The notes under the pieces: generated by a model
What the model was told of the DNA's origin: nothing
Seen by the model: the letters and a program-made list of their open reading frames with translations, nothing else
Databases searched by the model: none
Position numbers and translations under genes: made by a program
Part shown: positions 39,617 through 51,190 of the stretch, in pieces
Layout: the number at the start of each line of letters is the position of its first letter
Numbering within the stretch: position 1 is the first letter of the stretch
Assembly (NCBI GenBank): GCA_963693025.1
Contig: OY843749.1
Location: 2,711,208 to 2,775,207, forward strand
DNA length: 64,000 nucleotides
Direction: 5' to 3'
Origin: Arenicellales bacterium
Lineage (GTDB): Bacteria; Pseudomonadota; Gammaproteobacteria; Arenicellales; Poriferihabitantaceae

Positions 39617-40677
39617 CGGCGCGGCGCTCGCTCATCATCGTCATCGGACTCGGCGGCGGGCGCGCGTTTATACGGGCTCGGTCCGCCGTCGGGGCGCGTC
39701 TTGAACCAGCGAAAGGTCCACATATATTGCGCCGGTGCGCGCCGAATCAAGGCTTCCATCGCGCGGTTGAGGGCGGTTGCATCGGCTTGCGCGTCGGCGC
39801 CGGGGAAATTCTCCAGCGGCTCGCCGAGGGTCATTTCATAGCGTCCGGTGCGCGCGTCGAGGCGGGTTGCGCTCGGCACGACGCACGCGCCGGTCAGTTT
39901 CGCCAGCCGGCTGACCACGGTCAAGGTGGCGGTCTGCATGCCGAAAAACGGCGCGAACACGCTGCGTTTGTATTTGCCAAAATCCTCATCGGGAATAAAG
40001 AAACAGACGCGCCCGGCGCGCATCGCGCGCACCAGCGGGCGCAAACCCTGGTCGCGCATCAGCACGCGAATGTTGGCGCGGTCGAGATGCGTGCGCCCCT
40101 TCCACAGTTGCCATGTCAGCAGCGCGTTGCGGTCGCGTTTCATCATCGACACGCTCGGATGGACGCGCGCCAGAATGCTGCCGCTCATGTCGAGCGTGGT
40201 GAGGTGATAGGCGACCACGATGACGCGTTGGCGGCGCGACAGTTCGCGCAACCAGTCGCGCCGCTCCAGCCGGCAGAGCGCATCGATGCGCGCGGGCCTC
40301 GCCCACAGCACCAGCGCCATGTCCAGCAAGCCGCGCCCGTATTGACGAAAGTGCTCCACCAACAACCGCCGACGCTCGTGCGCGCTCAACTCAGGGAAAC
40401 ACAGCGCGAGGTTGATTTCGGCGAAGCGCCGGCGTTTGGCATTGCGCGCGCGCAGTTGGTCGCCCATCAATCCGCCCGCCGCCATCACCCATTTGCGCGG
40501 CAGGTGCAGGCTGAGGCGCAAGCCCAGCAACCAGCACCACGTTCCCCAGAAGCGCGGCGCAAGGAAGCGGGGTTGGAAGTGTGGGGTGGCGGTGGCACCG
40601 GCGGCGTCGGCGTGGGTTGCCGCGGGCGCGTTGGCGGGCGGGCGGTGGCGCAATCGGCGTTGGATTTGTTTGAGCAT
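39613..40677 (-). CDS. Lipid A biosynthesis acyltransferase (LpxL/LpxM family), second paralog
   Basis: FLAPRFWGTW, NLALCFPE, H(x4)D YHLTTLD, FAPFFG, PAQYMWTFRWFKTRP. Confidence 0.85.
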   Translation of the reverse strand: MLKQIQRRLRHRPPANAPAATHADAAGATATPHFQPRFLAPRFWGTWCWLLGLRLSLHLPRKWVMAAGGLMGDQLRARNAKRRRFAEINLALCFPELSAHERRRLLVEHFRQYGRGLLDMALVLWARPARIDALCRLERRDWLRELSRRQRVIVVAYHLTTLDMSGSILARVHPSVSMMKRDRNALLTWQLWKGRTHLDRANIRVLMRDQGLRPLVRAMRAGRVCFFIPDEDFGKYKRSVFAPFFGMQTATLTVVSRLAKLTGACVVPSATRLDARTGRYEMTLGEPLENFPGADAQADATALNRAMEALIRRAPAQYMWTFRWFKTRPDGGPSPYKRAPAAESDDDDERAPRR

Positions 40678-40679
40678 CG

Positions 40680-41336
40680 TCAGGCGACGAAGGGTTGATA
40701 CGCCGCATCGACGCCGGCGAGCCATTGCAGGTCGGGGTAGCGGTCGATGTCGCGCAGCGGCGGCAACTCGCACAAGCGCACCCCGACCGCCGCCGCGCGC
40801 GCGCGCACCGCCGCCAGCGTCGCCGCCTCATTCCAATCGATGCCGTTGAACAGCGACTCGTCAACGCCGCGTTGCAATCCGATTAAATAGAAGCCGCCGT
40901 CCTCGGCGGGACCGACCGGGTTGTCGCCGCGCGCCAGCATGGCGTGCGCTGATGCCAGAATGTCGCCGCGGCAGTGTGGCACATCGCAGCCCAGCACCGC
41001 CGCACAACCGGCGCGCGCGATGCCGTGCGTCAACGCCGTCATCATCCTGACGCCGAGGTCGGCGTCCGCCTGGGGGGTGACCGCCAGCCGGTGCTTGCGG
41101 GCGAGTTGCGCGAAGGCCGGGTGGTCGGGGTGGGGCGACACGCACAGCGCCACTTCGCCGGGCCAGTGGCGGCAGGCGTTGTCCACGGTTTGCTCCAGCA
41201 TCAGCCGCGCCAGTTGTGCCGACTCCGCGGGGTTGAGTTCAGGGCGCATTCGGGTTTTCACTTCGCCCGCCTGCGGCGCCTTTGCCATCAGGTAGAGGGG
41301 GATGGCGCGCGCGCGGGGTGAGCGGTCAGCGCACAT
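40680..41336 (-). CDS. TIGR04282/DUF2064-family glycosyltransferase-like protein
   Basis: MAKAP..G.VKTR, Q...DLG.RM, G.DVP, GPAEDGGFYLIG, LRDIDRY.DL. Confidence 0.8.
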   Translation of the reverse strand: MCADRSPRARAIPLYLMAKAPQAGEVKTRMRPELNPAESAQLARLMLEQTVDNACRHWPGEVALCVSPHPDHPAFAQLARKHRLAVTPQADADLGVRMMTALTHGIARAGCAAVLGCDVPHCRGDILASAHAMLARGDNPVGPAEDGGFYLIGLQRGVDESLFNGIDWNEAATLAAVRARAAAVGVRLCELPPLRDIDRYPDLQWLAGVDAAYQPFVA

Positions 41337-42033
41337 GGTGATAGACCGCCGCGAGTTGGTCGGGGCTGCGGCCAAGCCAATACAGGAAGCGCAGTTTCCA
41401 CATCAGCAACACCGTGCGCCACACGCCGTTTTGTTGCCAGCGCCGCGCCGAGGTGGTCGCCGGCAGCGCGATGACCCCCGGTCGCCCCCGCCGTCGCAGT
41501 CGGCGCGACAACTCGACATCCTCCATCAACGCAATCTCGGCGAAACCGCACTCGCGCTCAAACACGCGCCGCTGAATGAACATCGCCATGTCGCCGGTGG
41601 CAATCCCGCTGAGGCGCGCGCGCAGGCAAATCATTCGCTCAAGCAGCCGATACACCGCGCCGCGCGCATCCAGCCGCAATGTAAACCAACCCCACAAATG
41701 CCCGCGCGCCACGCAGTCGCCGATGCGCTCCGCCGCGCCGTGCGGCAAGCGGGTGTCGCAGTGCAAAAACAACAGCGTCTCCCCGCCGCACTGCGCCGCC
41801 CCGGCGTTCATCTGCGAAGCCCGCCCGGCGCGCGGACACCGCACCAGCCGGATGCGCGGCTCGCCCGTGTCCGTAAGCCGCGCCGCCAGTTGCGCGAGCG
41901 CCGCCTTGGAGCGGGCTTCGTCGCTGGCATCCGCCAACACCACCTCGCCCACCCCCGGCAGTTGCCGCAAATGCTCCACCAACGGCGCCACCCGCTCGCG
42001 CTCGTTATACAGCGGGACGATGACCGACAACAC
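41326..42033 (-). CDS. TIGR04283-family GT2 glycosyltransferase
   Basis: GRASQMNAGA, LLFLHCDT.LP, TGDMAMF, LMEDVELS, TSARRW. Confidence 0.82.
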   Translation of the reverse strand: MLSVIVPLYNERERVAPLVEHLRQLPGVGEVVLADASDEARSKAALAQLAARLTDTGEPRIRLVRCPRAGRASQMNAGAAQCGGETLLFLHCDTRLPHGAAERIGDCVARGHLWGWFTLRLDARGAVYRLLERMICLRARLSGIATGDMAMFIQRRVFERECGFAEIALMEDVELSRRLRRRGRPGVIALPATTSARRWQQNGVWRTVLLMWKLRFLYWLGRSPDQLAAVYHHVR

Positions 42034-42192
42034 GCCGGGATGCCGCCTTGGGGAATGGGTTAGCGCGCTCCATTGCAGTCGGGTTGCCGCGAATCATCTT
42101 TGTTCGGGTGGGTTGGCGAGAGCAAGCGTGAAAATACCATATTCGGCGGGCAATCGCGCGCGCGGTTTCCTGCTACACTCGGCGGCGCGAAT

Positions 42193-43026
42193 ATGAACGA
42201 CACGCGACAAACCTATCAAAAAACCGTCTGGATGTATTGGGAAAACCCGCCGGGGGGTTCCAAGCCCGCGTATCTCGACCTCTGCCTTGAGACCATCCAA
42301 AAACACCTCGGCGCATTCGAGTTAAAACTGCTCGACGAGCGCTCGGTCACCGACTACATCGCCCTGCCAAAAACCATCCGCCACCCGGCGCTGCCGCTCG
42401 ACCGCAAAGCCGACTACATTCGCTACGCCCTGCTCTATGAATACGGCGGCGTGTGGATCGACTGCGATTTGATTTTACTGCGCGATGTGGATGCGTGGGT
42501 CGCCCCCGGTTTGGAGCAGACCGGCTTCGTCATCTTCGCGGAAATTGGGGGGGGGGGGGGGGGTAGGGAATTGCTTGTCCAGAGCAACGTGCTGGCTTCG
42601 GCTCGCCGCCACGCCATTGTCAAAGATGCGATGTCGGCGATGCGCCGCGCGACGAGTTGCACAAGCGTGCCGGGTTTGCAGTCGCGGCTCAAATACCTGA
42701 TTAAGAAACACCTGTTGCGCACCGCTCCCAACCCGCCGCTGTGGGTTGAAAAAGGTCCCGCGATGTTCCGCCGCATTCTCCCCCAACACGCGCATTACGC
42801 GCACCCCATACGGCGGGGCGGCCTGTCGTGGACAGAGCACGAAGCCTATTACCGCGAAGCCCAAGACCTCACCCCCTACCTGCGCGACCACCCCTTCCTT
42901 TTCAACCTATACCACAGCGGCGGAATGGGCGAAGCCCTAAAACACCAAACCCGCGCGCAGTTGTTGAGTGGGCGGTCGTTGCTTTCGCAGATTTTTAGGT
43001 TGGGTTTGGGGGAGGGGGAGATTTGA
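42193..43026 (+). CDS. DxD glycosyltransferase (capsular polysaccharide synthesis/GT32-like) with internal G17 tract
   Basis: VWMYWE, KADYIRYALLYEYGGVWIDCD motif. Confidence 0.78.
   Translation: MNDTRQTYQKTVWMYWENPPGGSKPAYLDLCLETIQKHLGAFELKLLDERSVTDYIALPKTIRHPALPLDRKADYIRYALLYEYGGVWIDCDLILLRDVDAWVAPGLEQTGFVIFAEIGGGGGGRELLVQSNVLASARRHAIVKDAMSAMRRATSCTSVPGLQSRLKYLIKKHLLRTAPNPPLWVEKGPAMFRRILPQHAHYAHPIRRGGLSWTEHEAYYREAQDLTPYLRDHPFLFNLYHSGGMGEALKHQTRAQLLSGRSLLSQIFRLGLGEGEI
42547..42563 (+). repeat. Homopolymer G17 inside CDS
   Basis: Counted directly; currently in frame. Confidence 0.9.
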
Positions 43027-43032
43027 CTACTT

Positions 43033-43465
43033 CGTCATTCTCCACTACTCCGTCATTCTCGAGCGTTAGCGCCCGTTGCCGCGTAGCGGCTTACGGGCGC
43101 TTACGACCTCGGGAATCTCCCTAAGTCTACCGTGGACTTTACCGAAGCCCCCGCCGTCATTCCCGCAGTGTGTTAGCGGGGGGATGCGGGAATCTAGTCG
43201 TCCATGGATGGCAGACTATTGTCACCTCCCACGTTCGTCGTGCCGTTGACAAAAAGAAGACGATTCCCGCTCAAAAGACTGCGGGAATGGCGGCTTACTC
43301 GCCGCCTGCTTCGCTCGCTCCGTTTGAATCCGTGCCAGTCTTAGGGAGATTCCCGAGGACGTAAGTGTCCGTAAGCCGCCGCTTAAAAGAAAAGGCGCGG
43401 CGGCAACGGACACTAACGCTCGAGAATGACGAGTAGTGGGGAATGCCGAGGATTGGAGAATGACG
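43033..43465. repeat. REP-like repeat cluster 12
   Basis: Inverted B/A cores enclosing dRS3-like GTCATTCCCGC...GCGGGAATCTAG. Confidence 0.95.
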
Positions 43466-43477
43466 GGTGGTAACACC

Positions 43478-44710
<1,233 letters not shown>

Positions 44711-44845
44711 TGCCGTTTGCCAGCCGGTTGTGCGGGGGCGGGAGTATAGCATTGCCGCCGAAGTTTGCGTAAAATTATCGCTCAGCGGCACCCGGCACAC
44801 CGGCGTCTTTTTGTTTTTCCACCAGCCAACTATTCAATACCAACC

Positions 44846-45766
44846 ATGCCTACTCGTCATTTTTTATCGTTGATGGATTTGTCTCCGGCGGAGTTGCGGG
44901 AGATTATCGCGCGCGCGGTGGCGGCTAAAAAAGCCGGCGCCACTGCAACCACGACCGCGAATCACAGCGGCGACCTGCTGCGCAACCAAACCGCGGCGCT
45001 GGTGTTCGAGAAGTCATCCACGCGCACGCGGGTGTCGTTCGAGACCGGCGTCACGCAACTCGGCGGCAACGCCATTTTTCTGGCGCCGGCGGACTCCCAT
45101 CTGGCGCGCGGCGAAGCGATTGAAGACACCGCGCGCGTGCTGTCGCGCATGGCGCGCCTGATTATCATGCGAACCGGTCCGCACGAGCGCGTCGAGCGCA
45201 TGGCGGAATACGCCACGGTGCCGGTCATCAACGCGCTGTCCGATTTCAATCATCCCTGCCAGCAACTCGCGGACATTCAAACCTACGCCGAGCACCGCGG
45301 CGACCTCGCGGGCAAGCGCGTGGCGTGGGTCGGCGACGGCAACAACGTCTGCCATTCGTGGATGAACGCCGCCCGCCAACTCGACTTTCACCTCGCCATC
45401 GCCACGCCGAAAGGCTACGAGCCCGACCGCGCCCTGTCGCAACAATGCGCCGCGCAAATCGCGCTCGGCAACGACCCGGCGGCGGCGGTCGAAGCCGCCG
45501 ACCTGGTGGTGACCGACTGCTGGATCAGCATGGGTCAAGAGTGCGAAAAAGCCGACCGCGAAGCCGCCTTCGCGGGGTTTTGCGTGGACCAAGCGATGAT
45601 GTCGCGCGCCGCCACCGATGCGCTTTTCATGCACTGCCTGCCCGCCTACCGCGGCTACGAAGTCAGCGCCGAAGTCATCGACGGTCCGCAAAGCGTCGTC
45701 TGGGACCAAGCCGAAAACCGTTTGCATGCGCAGAAGGCGTTGATGGAATTTTTGTTGAGCCGCTAA
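44846..45766 (+). CDS. argF: Ornithine carbamoyltransferase
   Basis: FEKSSTRTR, HPCQ, GDGNNV, WISMG, HCLP, AENRLH. Confidence 0.95.
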   Translation: MPTRHFLSLMDLSPAELREIIARAVAAKKAGATATTTANHSGDLLRNQTAALVFEKSSTRTRVSFETGVTQLGGNAIFLAPADSHLARGEAIEDTARVLSRMARLIIMRTGPHERVERMAEYATVPVINALSDFNHPCQQLADIQTYAEHRGDLAGKRVAWVGDGNNVCHSWMNAARQLDFHLAIATPKGYEPDRALSQQCAAQIALGNDPAAAVEAADLVVTDCWISMGQECEKADREAAFAGFCVDQAMMSRAATDALFMHCLPAYRGYEVSAEVIDGPQSVVWDQAENRLHAQKALMEFLLSR

Positions 45767-45781
45767 GGGCTCGTCGCGGCA

Positions 45782-46375
45782 ATGAAAAAAATCCTAATAC
45801 TCTATTACAGCCGCCACGGCTCGGTGCGCGCTTTGGCGCAGGCGGTGGCGGGCGGGGTGGAGAGCGTGGCGCAGTGCGAGGCGGTTATTCGCACCGTGCC
45901 GCCGGTGTCGGCGGTGTGCGAGGCGGTCGAGAATGAGATTCCCGCCAGCGGCGATGTGTATGCGGCGTTGGCGGATTTGGAAGGGTGCGACGGGTTGATT
46001 GTCGGCAGCCCGACGCGGTTTGGCACGGTGGCGGCGCCGCTCAAATATTTTTTCGAGCAGACCGCGCCGCTGTGGTTGTCGGGCGCACTCGACGGCAAAC
46101 CGGCGGGCGTGTTCACTTCAAGCGGCAGCATGCATGGCGGGCAGGAGAGTACGCTGCTGTCGATGATGCTGCCGTTGATTCACCACGGCATGCTCATGGT
46201 CGGCATTCCATTCAACGGCACACCGCTCGCCCAAACCACCACCGGCGGCACACCTTACGGCGCAAGTCATGTGGCGGGTGGGGACAATGCCTTGCCGCTT
46301 AGTGATGATGAGAAGCGTTTGGCTGAGGTGTTGGGGCGGCGGGTTGGGGAGATAGCCGTCATTCTTGAGCGTTAG
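45782..46375 (+). CDS. wrbA: NAD(P)H:quinone oxidoreductase WrbA
   Basis: YYSRHGS, GSPTRFG, SMHGGQESTL, GGTPYGASH. Confidence 0.92.
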   Translation: MKKILILYYSRHGSVRALAQAVAGGVESVAQCEAVIRTVPPVSAVCEAVENEIPASGDVYAALADLEGCDGLIVGSPTRFGTVAAPLKYFFEQTAPLWLSGALDGKPAGVFTSSGSMHGGQESTLLSMMLPLIHHGMLMVGIPFNGTPLAQTTTGGTPYGASHVAGGDNALPLSDDEKRLAEVLGRRVGEIAVILER

Positions 46376-46848
46376 AAAATAGGGAGTCGCCCACAACTCG
46401 TCATTCGAATGGTAGAAAATAAGGAGTCCCCCAACTCCGTCATTCTCGAACGGTAGAAAATAGGGAGCCAACAGGCGACCATATTTTCTTCGATTCGGGA
46501 ATCTCCCTAAGACTACCGTGATTTCCAACAAAGCCCGTGCCAATCTTAGGGAGATTGCGCGTATCATCCCTGATACGCGCCCTTCGGGCTACGCGAAAAT
46601 CCGCTCCCGGCGGATTTTTCCCGAGGACGTAAGTGTCCGGTAAGCCGCCGCTAAAAGAAGAAGCGCGGCGGCAACGGTCACTAACGCTCGAGAATGACGA
46701 AGTGGTTGGGAATGGCGTTGTTTGGGCTCAGCGCTAGTCTTAGGGAGATTCCCGAGGTCGTAAGTGTCCGGTAAGCCGCCGCTTAAAAGAAGAAGCGCGG
46801 CGGCAACGGACACTAACGCTCGAGAATGACGGGTAGTTGAGAATGACG
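46367..46848. repeat. REP-like repeat cluster 13
   Basis: Minus-orientation units with 62-bp sub-module; first bases overlap the wrbA stop. Confidence 0.95.
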
Positions 46849-46859
46849 GGTTGGTGTAC

Positions 46860-47555
46860 TTAGATCAACGACTTAATAAACGGCACAGTAATCCTCCGTT
46901 GCTCCGCCAACGACGCATTGTCAATTCGGTCGAGCAGGGCGAACAGGGAGGCGGTGTCGCGGTGGTAGTAGGTTATGATGAATTGTAGTACCGGGTCGGT
47001 GAGTTCAAAGCCGCGGCGGCGGGCGCGGGATTTTAGGGCGGTGAGTTTGTCTTGCTCGCTCAGGCGCACGAGCCGGTAAACCCCGCCGCTCACTAGCCGT
47101 GATTCCAGGTCTTTCAAGCCGAGGTTGAGCGCGCCGATGGGCTGGGTGGCGCCGACCACGACGGCGCCGTCGTTGCTCAGCAGTTTTTCATACAAATCAA
47201 ACAGCGCAGCTTGCCACGCCGGGCTCGCCGCCGCGGTTTGGAAGTCATCGATGCACACCAACGACGGCGGCGCGATGCGCTCGAGTTGCGCTTGAACTTG
47301 CGGCGCGGACGCCATGGCATCCACCGGCAGATACGCGTGCGGCTTGCCTTGTGCGCGCGCCAGATGGCAGCAGGCGTTCAGCAGGTGCGTCTTGCCGCTG
47401 CCCGCATCCCCCCAGAAATAGAGCACGCGCCGCGCGCGAGCGCCGCGCACGATGCGCCGCAACTCGGCGCGCAACTCGGTGTTGTCGCCGGCGCAGAAAC
47501 TGTCAAAACTGCTCTCGGCTTCGACGCTGACCGGGATGAGCGTTTGCCGGTTCAT
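46860..47555 (-). CDS. hda: DnaA regulatory inactivator Hda
   Basis: SFDSF..GDN, G.AGSGKTHLL, DLESRL, RRITVPFIK. Confidence 0.88.
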   Translation of the reverse strand: MNRQTLIPVSVEAESSFDSFCAGDNTELRAELRRIVRGARARRVLYFWGDAGSGKTHLLNACCHLARAQGKPHAYLPVDAMASAPQVQAQLERIAPPSLVCIDDFQTAAASPAWQAALFDLYEKLLSNDGAVVVGATQPIGALNLGLKDLESRLVSGGVYRLVRLSEQDKLTALKSRARRRGFELTDPVLQFIITYYHRDTASLFALLDRIDNASLAEQRRITVPFIKSLI

Positions 47556-48106
47556 TGCGCGGGCGGCGCCTTGTCGTCGCGCCGGATGCCCAACGCCCAG
47601 ACATACTGGCAGCCGCTGGAGACGGTGGTCACCAGCACCCCGACCACCAGCGCATCCGCCACCAGCGGAACATACAACCAGCCGGCTTTTCCGCTCAGCA
47701 CCGAAATCACCAGCGAGATTTGCAGGAAGGTGTTAATTTTGCTGAGGTAGGTCGGCTTCATCGGAATCTCGTCGCCCATCACCACCAACACCAAATAGCC
47801 GGCTACGATGACGAGGTCGCGGAACATCACCACGATGAGCAGCCAGAACGGGATGTCTTCGAGCATCGCCAGCATGATGTAGGCGCTGGCGATGAGCAGT
47901 TTGTCGGCGATGGGGTCGAGGATGGCGCCGAGACCGGAAATGTAGTTGTAGCGCTTGGCGATGTAGCCGTCCAGCCCGTCGGTGATGCCGGCGGCGAGGA
48001 ACAGCAGCATCGCCAACTCGTAGCCGCGGTCGCGCAACAACAACACCAGCACCGGGCAGGCGGCGATGCGCAGCAGGGTCAGCAGGTTGGGTATCTGGGC
48101 TAGCAC
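47552..48106 (-). CDS. CDP-alcohol phosphatidyltransferase
   Basis: PNLLT.LR, TDGLDGYIAKR...LGAILDPIADK. Confidence 0.9.
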   Translation of the reverse strand: MLAQIPNLLTLLRIAACPVLVLLLRDRGYELAMLLFLAAGITDGLDGYIAKRYNYISGLGAILDPIADKLLIASAYIMLAMLEDIPFWLLIVVMFRDLVIVAGYLVLVVMGDEIPMKPTYLSKINTFLQISLVISVLSGKAGWLYVPLVADALVVGVLVTTVSSGCQYVWALGIRRDDKAPPAQ

Positions 48107-48142
48107 TCGGGGCGTGATGAAAGGGGCATCTGCGCGGGGATT

Positions 48143-48865
48143 TTACGACTCAACGGGGTTTGCGTCACCTCCTTCTTTGCGCCCCATCACCTGGTCAACC
48201 ATTTGTTGCAGGAGCCGGATGTCCGGGATAATCAACTGCCGGTTCTTCTTCACCAAAATGCCTTCTTTTTCCAGCAATTTCAACTCCCGGCTGACCGCCT
48301 CACGATGACAACTCACGCGGCTGGCGAGTTGCGCGTGCGTCGGCGCGCCGGGGATGCGGGCGACGCCGTCGAGGTCGAGATTTTTGCGCGCAAGCCGCAG
48401 CAGTTCGGCGTGAATCCGGTTGTGCACGCCGGCGGTGGAGTATTCAAAGATTCGGTCGCACAGGCGGCGGATGATGGCGGTCAGTTGTTGCAGCAATTCC
48501 AGCGCCACCGCCGGATGCGAGTCGAGCATCCGCCGAAAGACTTGCGGCGGCATGATAATCATGTCGGTTTCGGTCAGCGCGATGACGGTGGCGGAGCGCG
48601 GCTTGCCGTCGATGATGGATATTTCACCAAAGTTTTCACCCGCCTCAAGATTGGCAAAACTGACCTCCCTGCCGTCTTTGGAAAACAACGTCACCCGCAC
48701 CCTGCCACGCTCGATGAAATACATATTGCTGTCCTGCTCCCGCTCGCGCACAATCTGCTCGCCCCTCGCATACCGCCGCACGGCGCACTGCCGCAACGCC
48801 GCTTCCCGCTCCTCACGCCCCAGCAACCCAAGCAAGGCGGGTCCCCCCGTGTGTTGGTGTTTCAT
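48143..48865 (-). CDS. Crp/Fnr-family transcriptional regulator
   Basis: cNMP domain FGEISIIDG.PRSATV; HTH THAQLASRVSCHREAVSREL. Confidence 0.9.
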   Translation of the reverse strand: MKHQHTGGPALLGLLGREEREAALRQCAVRRYARGEQIVREREQDSNMYFIERGRVRVTLFSKDGREVSFANLEAGENFGEISIIDGKPRSATVIALTETDMIIMPPQVFRRMLDSHPAVALELLQQLTAIIRRLCDRIFEYSTAGVHNRIHAELLRLARKNLDLDGVARIPGAPTHAQLASRVSCHREAVSRELKLLEKEGILVKKNRQLIIPDIRLLQQMVDQVMGRKEGGDANPVES

Positions 48866-49033
48866 TGGCTAGTTGCCGAGATTGCCACGCCGTTGTCGCG
48901 GCGTTTTTATTGAACAATGATGTTTGGGTCAGGATAGCATAGATTGGGGTTTGTTGGTCAAGTCCGTCACCCCCGCCTGCACACCCAAAGCGCCTTTCCC
49001 TTATACTACACCCCCCGCCAAAACCCCCGCACG

Positions 49034-50275
49034 ATGCCACAAAAACCACCCCGCTCGCGCCGCCCGCGCAACCGCCCGGACGACGCGGCGCCGCTGGTCA
49101 CGATCGCCATTCCCACCAAAAACAACGCCGCCACCATCGGCGAGACGATTGAATCGTTGCTCGCGCAGACGCACCGCAACTGGGAGTTGGCGGTGTATGA
49201 CAACGCCTCCGACGACGGCACGCGCGAGGTGGTTCGCGCCTTCGGGGACGCGCGCATCCGCGTGCGCGAACACGACGGCGCGCTGACCATGGCGGAAAAC
49301 TGGCAGCGCTGCCTGAGCCGCATAGACGGCGAGTTTTTTCAACTGCTCTGCGCCGACGACACGCTGCATCCGAAGTGTTTGGAAGAAAAAATCCGCGCGG
49401 CGGGCAAGCCGGAAAACGCCGGTTGCGTGCTATTCACCAGCAACCGCATGCTGATGAACCTGTCGGGGCGACCGCTTTTTTCGCTGGGGTTTTCACGCCG
49501 CGCGCGGCGCGCAACGCACGCCGACGTGCTGCGCGGCGTCGTGAGCAAAACCAACCCCATCGGCGACCCCGCCACCGTGCTATTGCGCGCATCGGCGGTC
49601 AGGAAAGAGACGCGCCCGTTTAGCGGGCGGCTGATGGTCGACATCGACTTCTGGTTGCGCATGCTCGCGCACGGCGATTTATGCCACCTGCCCGAGACGC
49701 TCTCGTCCTTCCGGCTGGGCGGCGTCACCGGCAAGCAACTGGGCGCAAATTTCCGCGAATACTTCCGCTTCTACCGCAACACCGTCAAGCCGCACCTGCG
49801 CGGCATCGGGCGCGTGCGATATTACTGCGGCTATGGCATGGCGACGGCGCGCTTCCTATTACGCCAGGCGGTTTATCTCCTGTTCTCGGGCAATCCCGCG
49901 ACGCGCCGCATCATCCGCTTCGGCTTGGTCGGCGGCTACAACACGGCGTTCGGTTACGCCATATATGCGCTGCTCATCTGGCTCGGCCTGCCCTATCAAG
50001 CGGCGCTGCTCGGCTCGCTGGCGCTGTCGATAATCAACAACTACCTCACCTTCAGCCGAATGGTCTTCCCCGACCGCTCCCGCCACCGCACCGTGCTCCT
50101 ATACCTAGCCGGACAAGCGCTAATCTACGGCTTCTCCGTACTGCTGGTCGGCGCTTTCATCGGCTCCGGCTTCGGTGAATATCTCAGTGGGCTCATGGCG
50201 ACTCCGTTCATTGCTTTGTTTTCTTTCTGTATTCAAAACTTTGTGGTTTTTCGGCATCCGAAACCGACTGAATAA
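49034..50275 (+). CDS. GT2 glycosyltransferase fused to C-terminal GtrA domain
   Basis: VTIAIPT.N, DNASDDGT, LCADD; IIRFGLVGGYNT GtrA start. Confidence 0.82.
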   Translation: MPQKPPRSRRPRNRPDDAAPLVTIAIPTKNNAATIGETIESLLAQTHRNWELAVYDNASDDGTREVVRAFGDARIRVREHDGALTMAENWQRCLSRIDGEFFQLLCADDTLHPKCLEEKIRAAGKPENAGCVLFTSNRMLMNLSGRPLFSLGFSRRARRATHADVLRGVVSKTNPIGDPATVLLRASAVRKETRPFSGRLMVDIDFWLRMLAHGDLCHLPETLSSFRLGGVTGKQLGANFREYFRFYRNTVKPHLRGIGRVRYYCGYGMATARFLLRQAVYLLFSGNPATRRIIRFGLVGGYNTAFGYAIYALLIWLGLPYQAALLGSLALSIINNYLTFSRMVFPDRSRHRTVLLYLAGQALIYGFSVLLVGAFIGSGFGEYLSGLMATPFIALFSFCIQNFVVFRHPKPTE

Positions 50276-50281
50276 ATACTC

Positions 50282-50759
50282 CGTCATTTCGAGCGTTAGC
50301 GCCCGTTGCCGCGTAGCGGCTTACGGGCGCTTACGACCTCGGGAATCTCCCTAAGACTACCGTGGACTTTACCGAAGCCCGTGCCGTCATTCCCGCAGAG
50401 CCTGCCCCCGCAGTGTGTTAGCGGGGGACGCGGGAACCCAGACGTCCATGGATGGCAAACTATCGTCACCTCCCACGTCCATCATGCCACCGACAAAAAG
50501 ACGCTGGATTGCGCGTATCATCCCTGATACGCGCCCTTCGGGCTACGCGAAAATCCGCTCCCGGCGGATTTTTCCCGCTTAAAAGACTGCGGGAATGGCG
50601 TTGTTGGAACTCAGCGCCAACCTTAGGGAGATTCCCGAGGACGCAAGTGTCCGTAAGCCGCCGCTTAAAAGAAAAAGCGCGGCGACTAACGGACACTAAC
50701 GCTCGAGAATGACGAAGTAGGGGGAATGACGAAGTGGTTGGGAGTGGTTGGGAATGACG
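50282..50759. repeat. REP-like repeat cluster 14
   Basis: Inverted B/A cores, dRS3-like module, 62-bp sub-module. Confidence 0.95.
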
Positions 50760-50772
50760 AAGTTGGGGCTTC

Positions 50773-51165
50773 CTACCCCTTCCGATAAATCATCTCCGGA
50801 TCTTTCAGCACCGGCTCCACCTCACGCCATTCGTTTCCTTGGCAACTGCGGTAAAAGCAACTATGGCGACCCGTATGGCAGGCTATTCCGCCTGCTTGGT
50901 CTACTTGGAGTAGCACTACGTCGCCGTCGCAGTCTATGCGCATTTCCACCAGGCGTTGGTTGTGTCCGGATTCTTCGCCTTTGCGCCATAACTTTTTTCG
51001 TGAGCGCGAATAGTAGACCGCTTGCCCTTCGGCGAGGGTGGCGGTTAGGGCTTCGCGGTTCATCCATGCCAGCATCAGGATTTTGCCGGTGTCGTGTTGT
51101 TGGGCGATGGCGGGCACGAGTCCGGCGGGGTCCCACTTGATTTGCTCTAACAGGGTTGGTTTCAT
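50773..51165 (-). CDS. hisI: Phosphoribosyl-AMP cyclohydrolase
   Basis: [35 protein letters not shown]. Confidence 0.95.
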   Translation of the reverse strand: MKPTLLEQIKWDPAGLVPAIAQQHDTGKILMLAWMNREALTATLAEGQAVYYSRSRKKLWRKGEESGHNQRLVEMRIDCDGDVVLLQVDQAGGIACHTGRHSCFYRSCQGNEWREVEPVLKDPEMIYRKG

Positions 51166-51190
51166 TTTTGTCGCTCAGGTTGATGCGAAG

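Noticed and set aside
46860-47555. oriC near hda explaining the skew switches
   Set aside because: No DnaA-box cluster noticed, and switches recur at dozens of sites tied to repeats.
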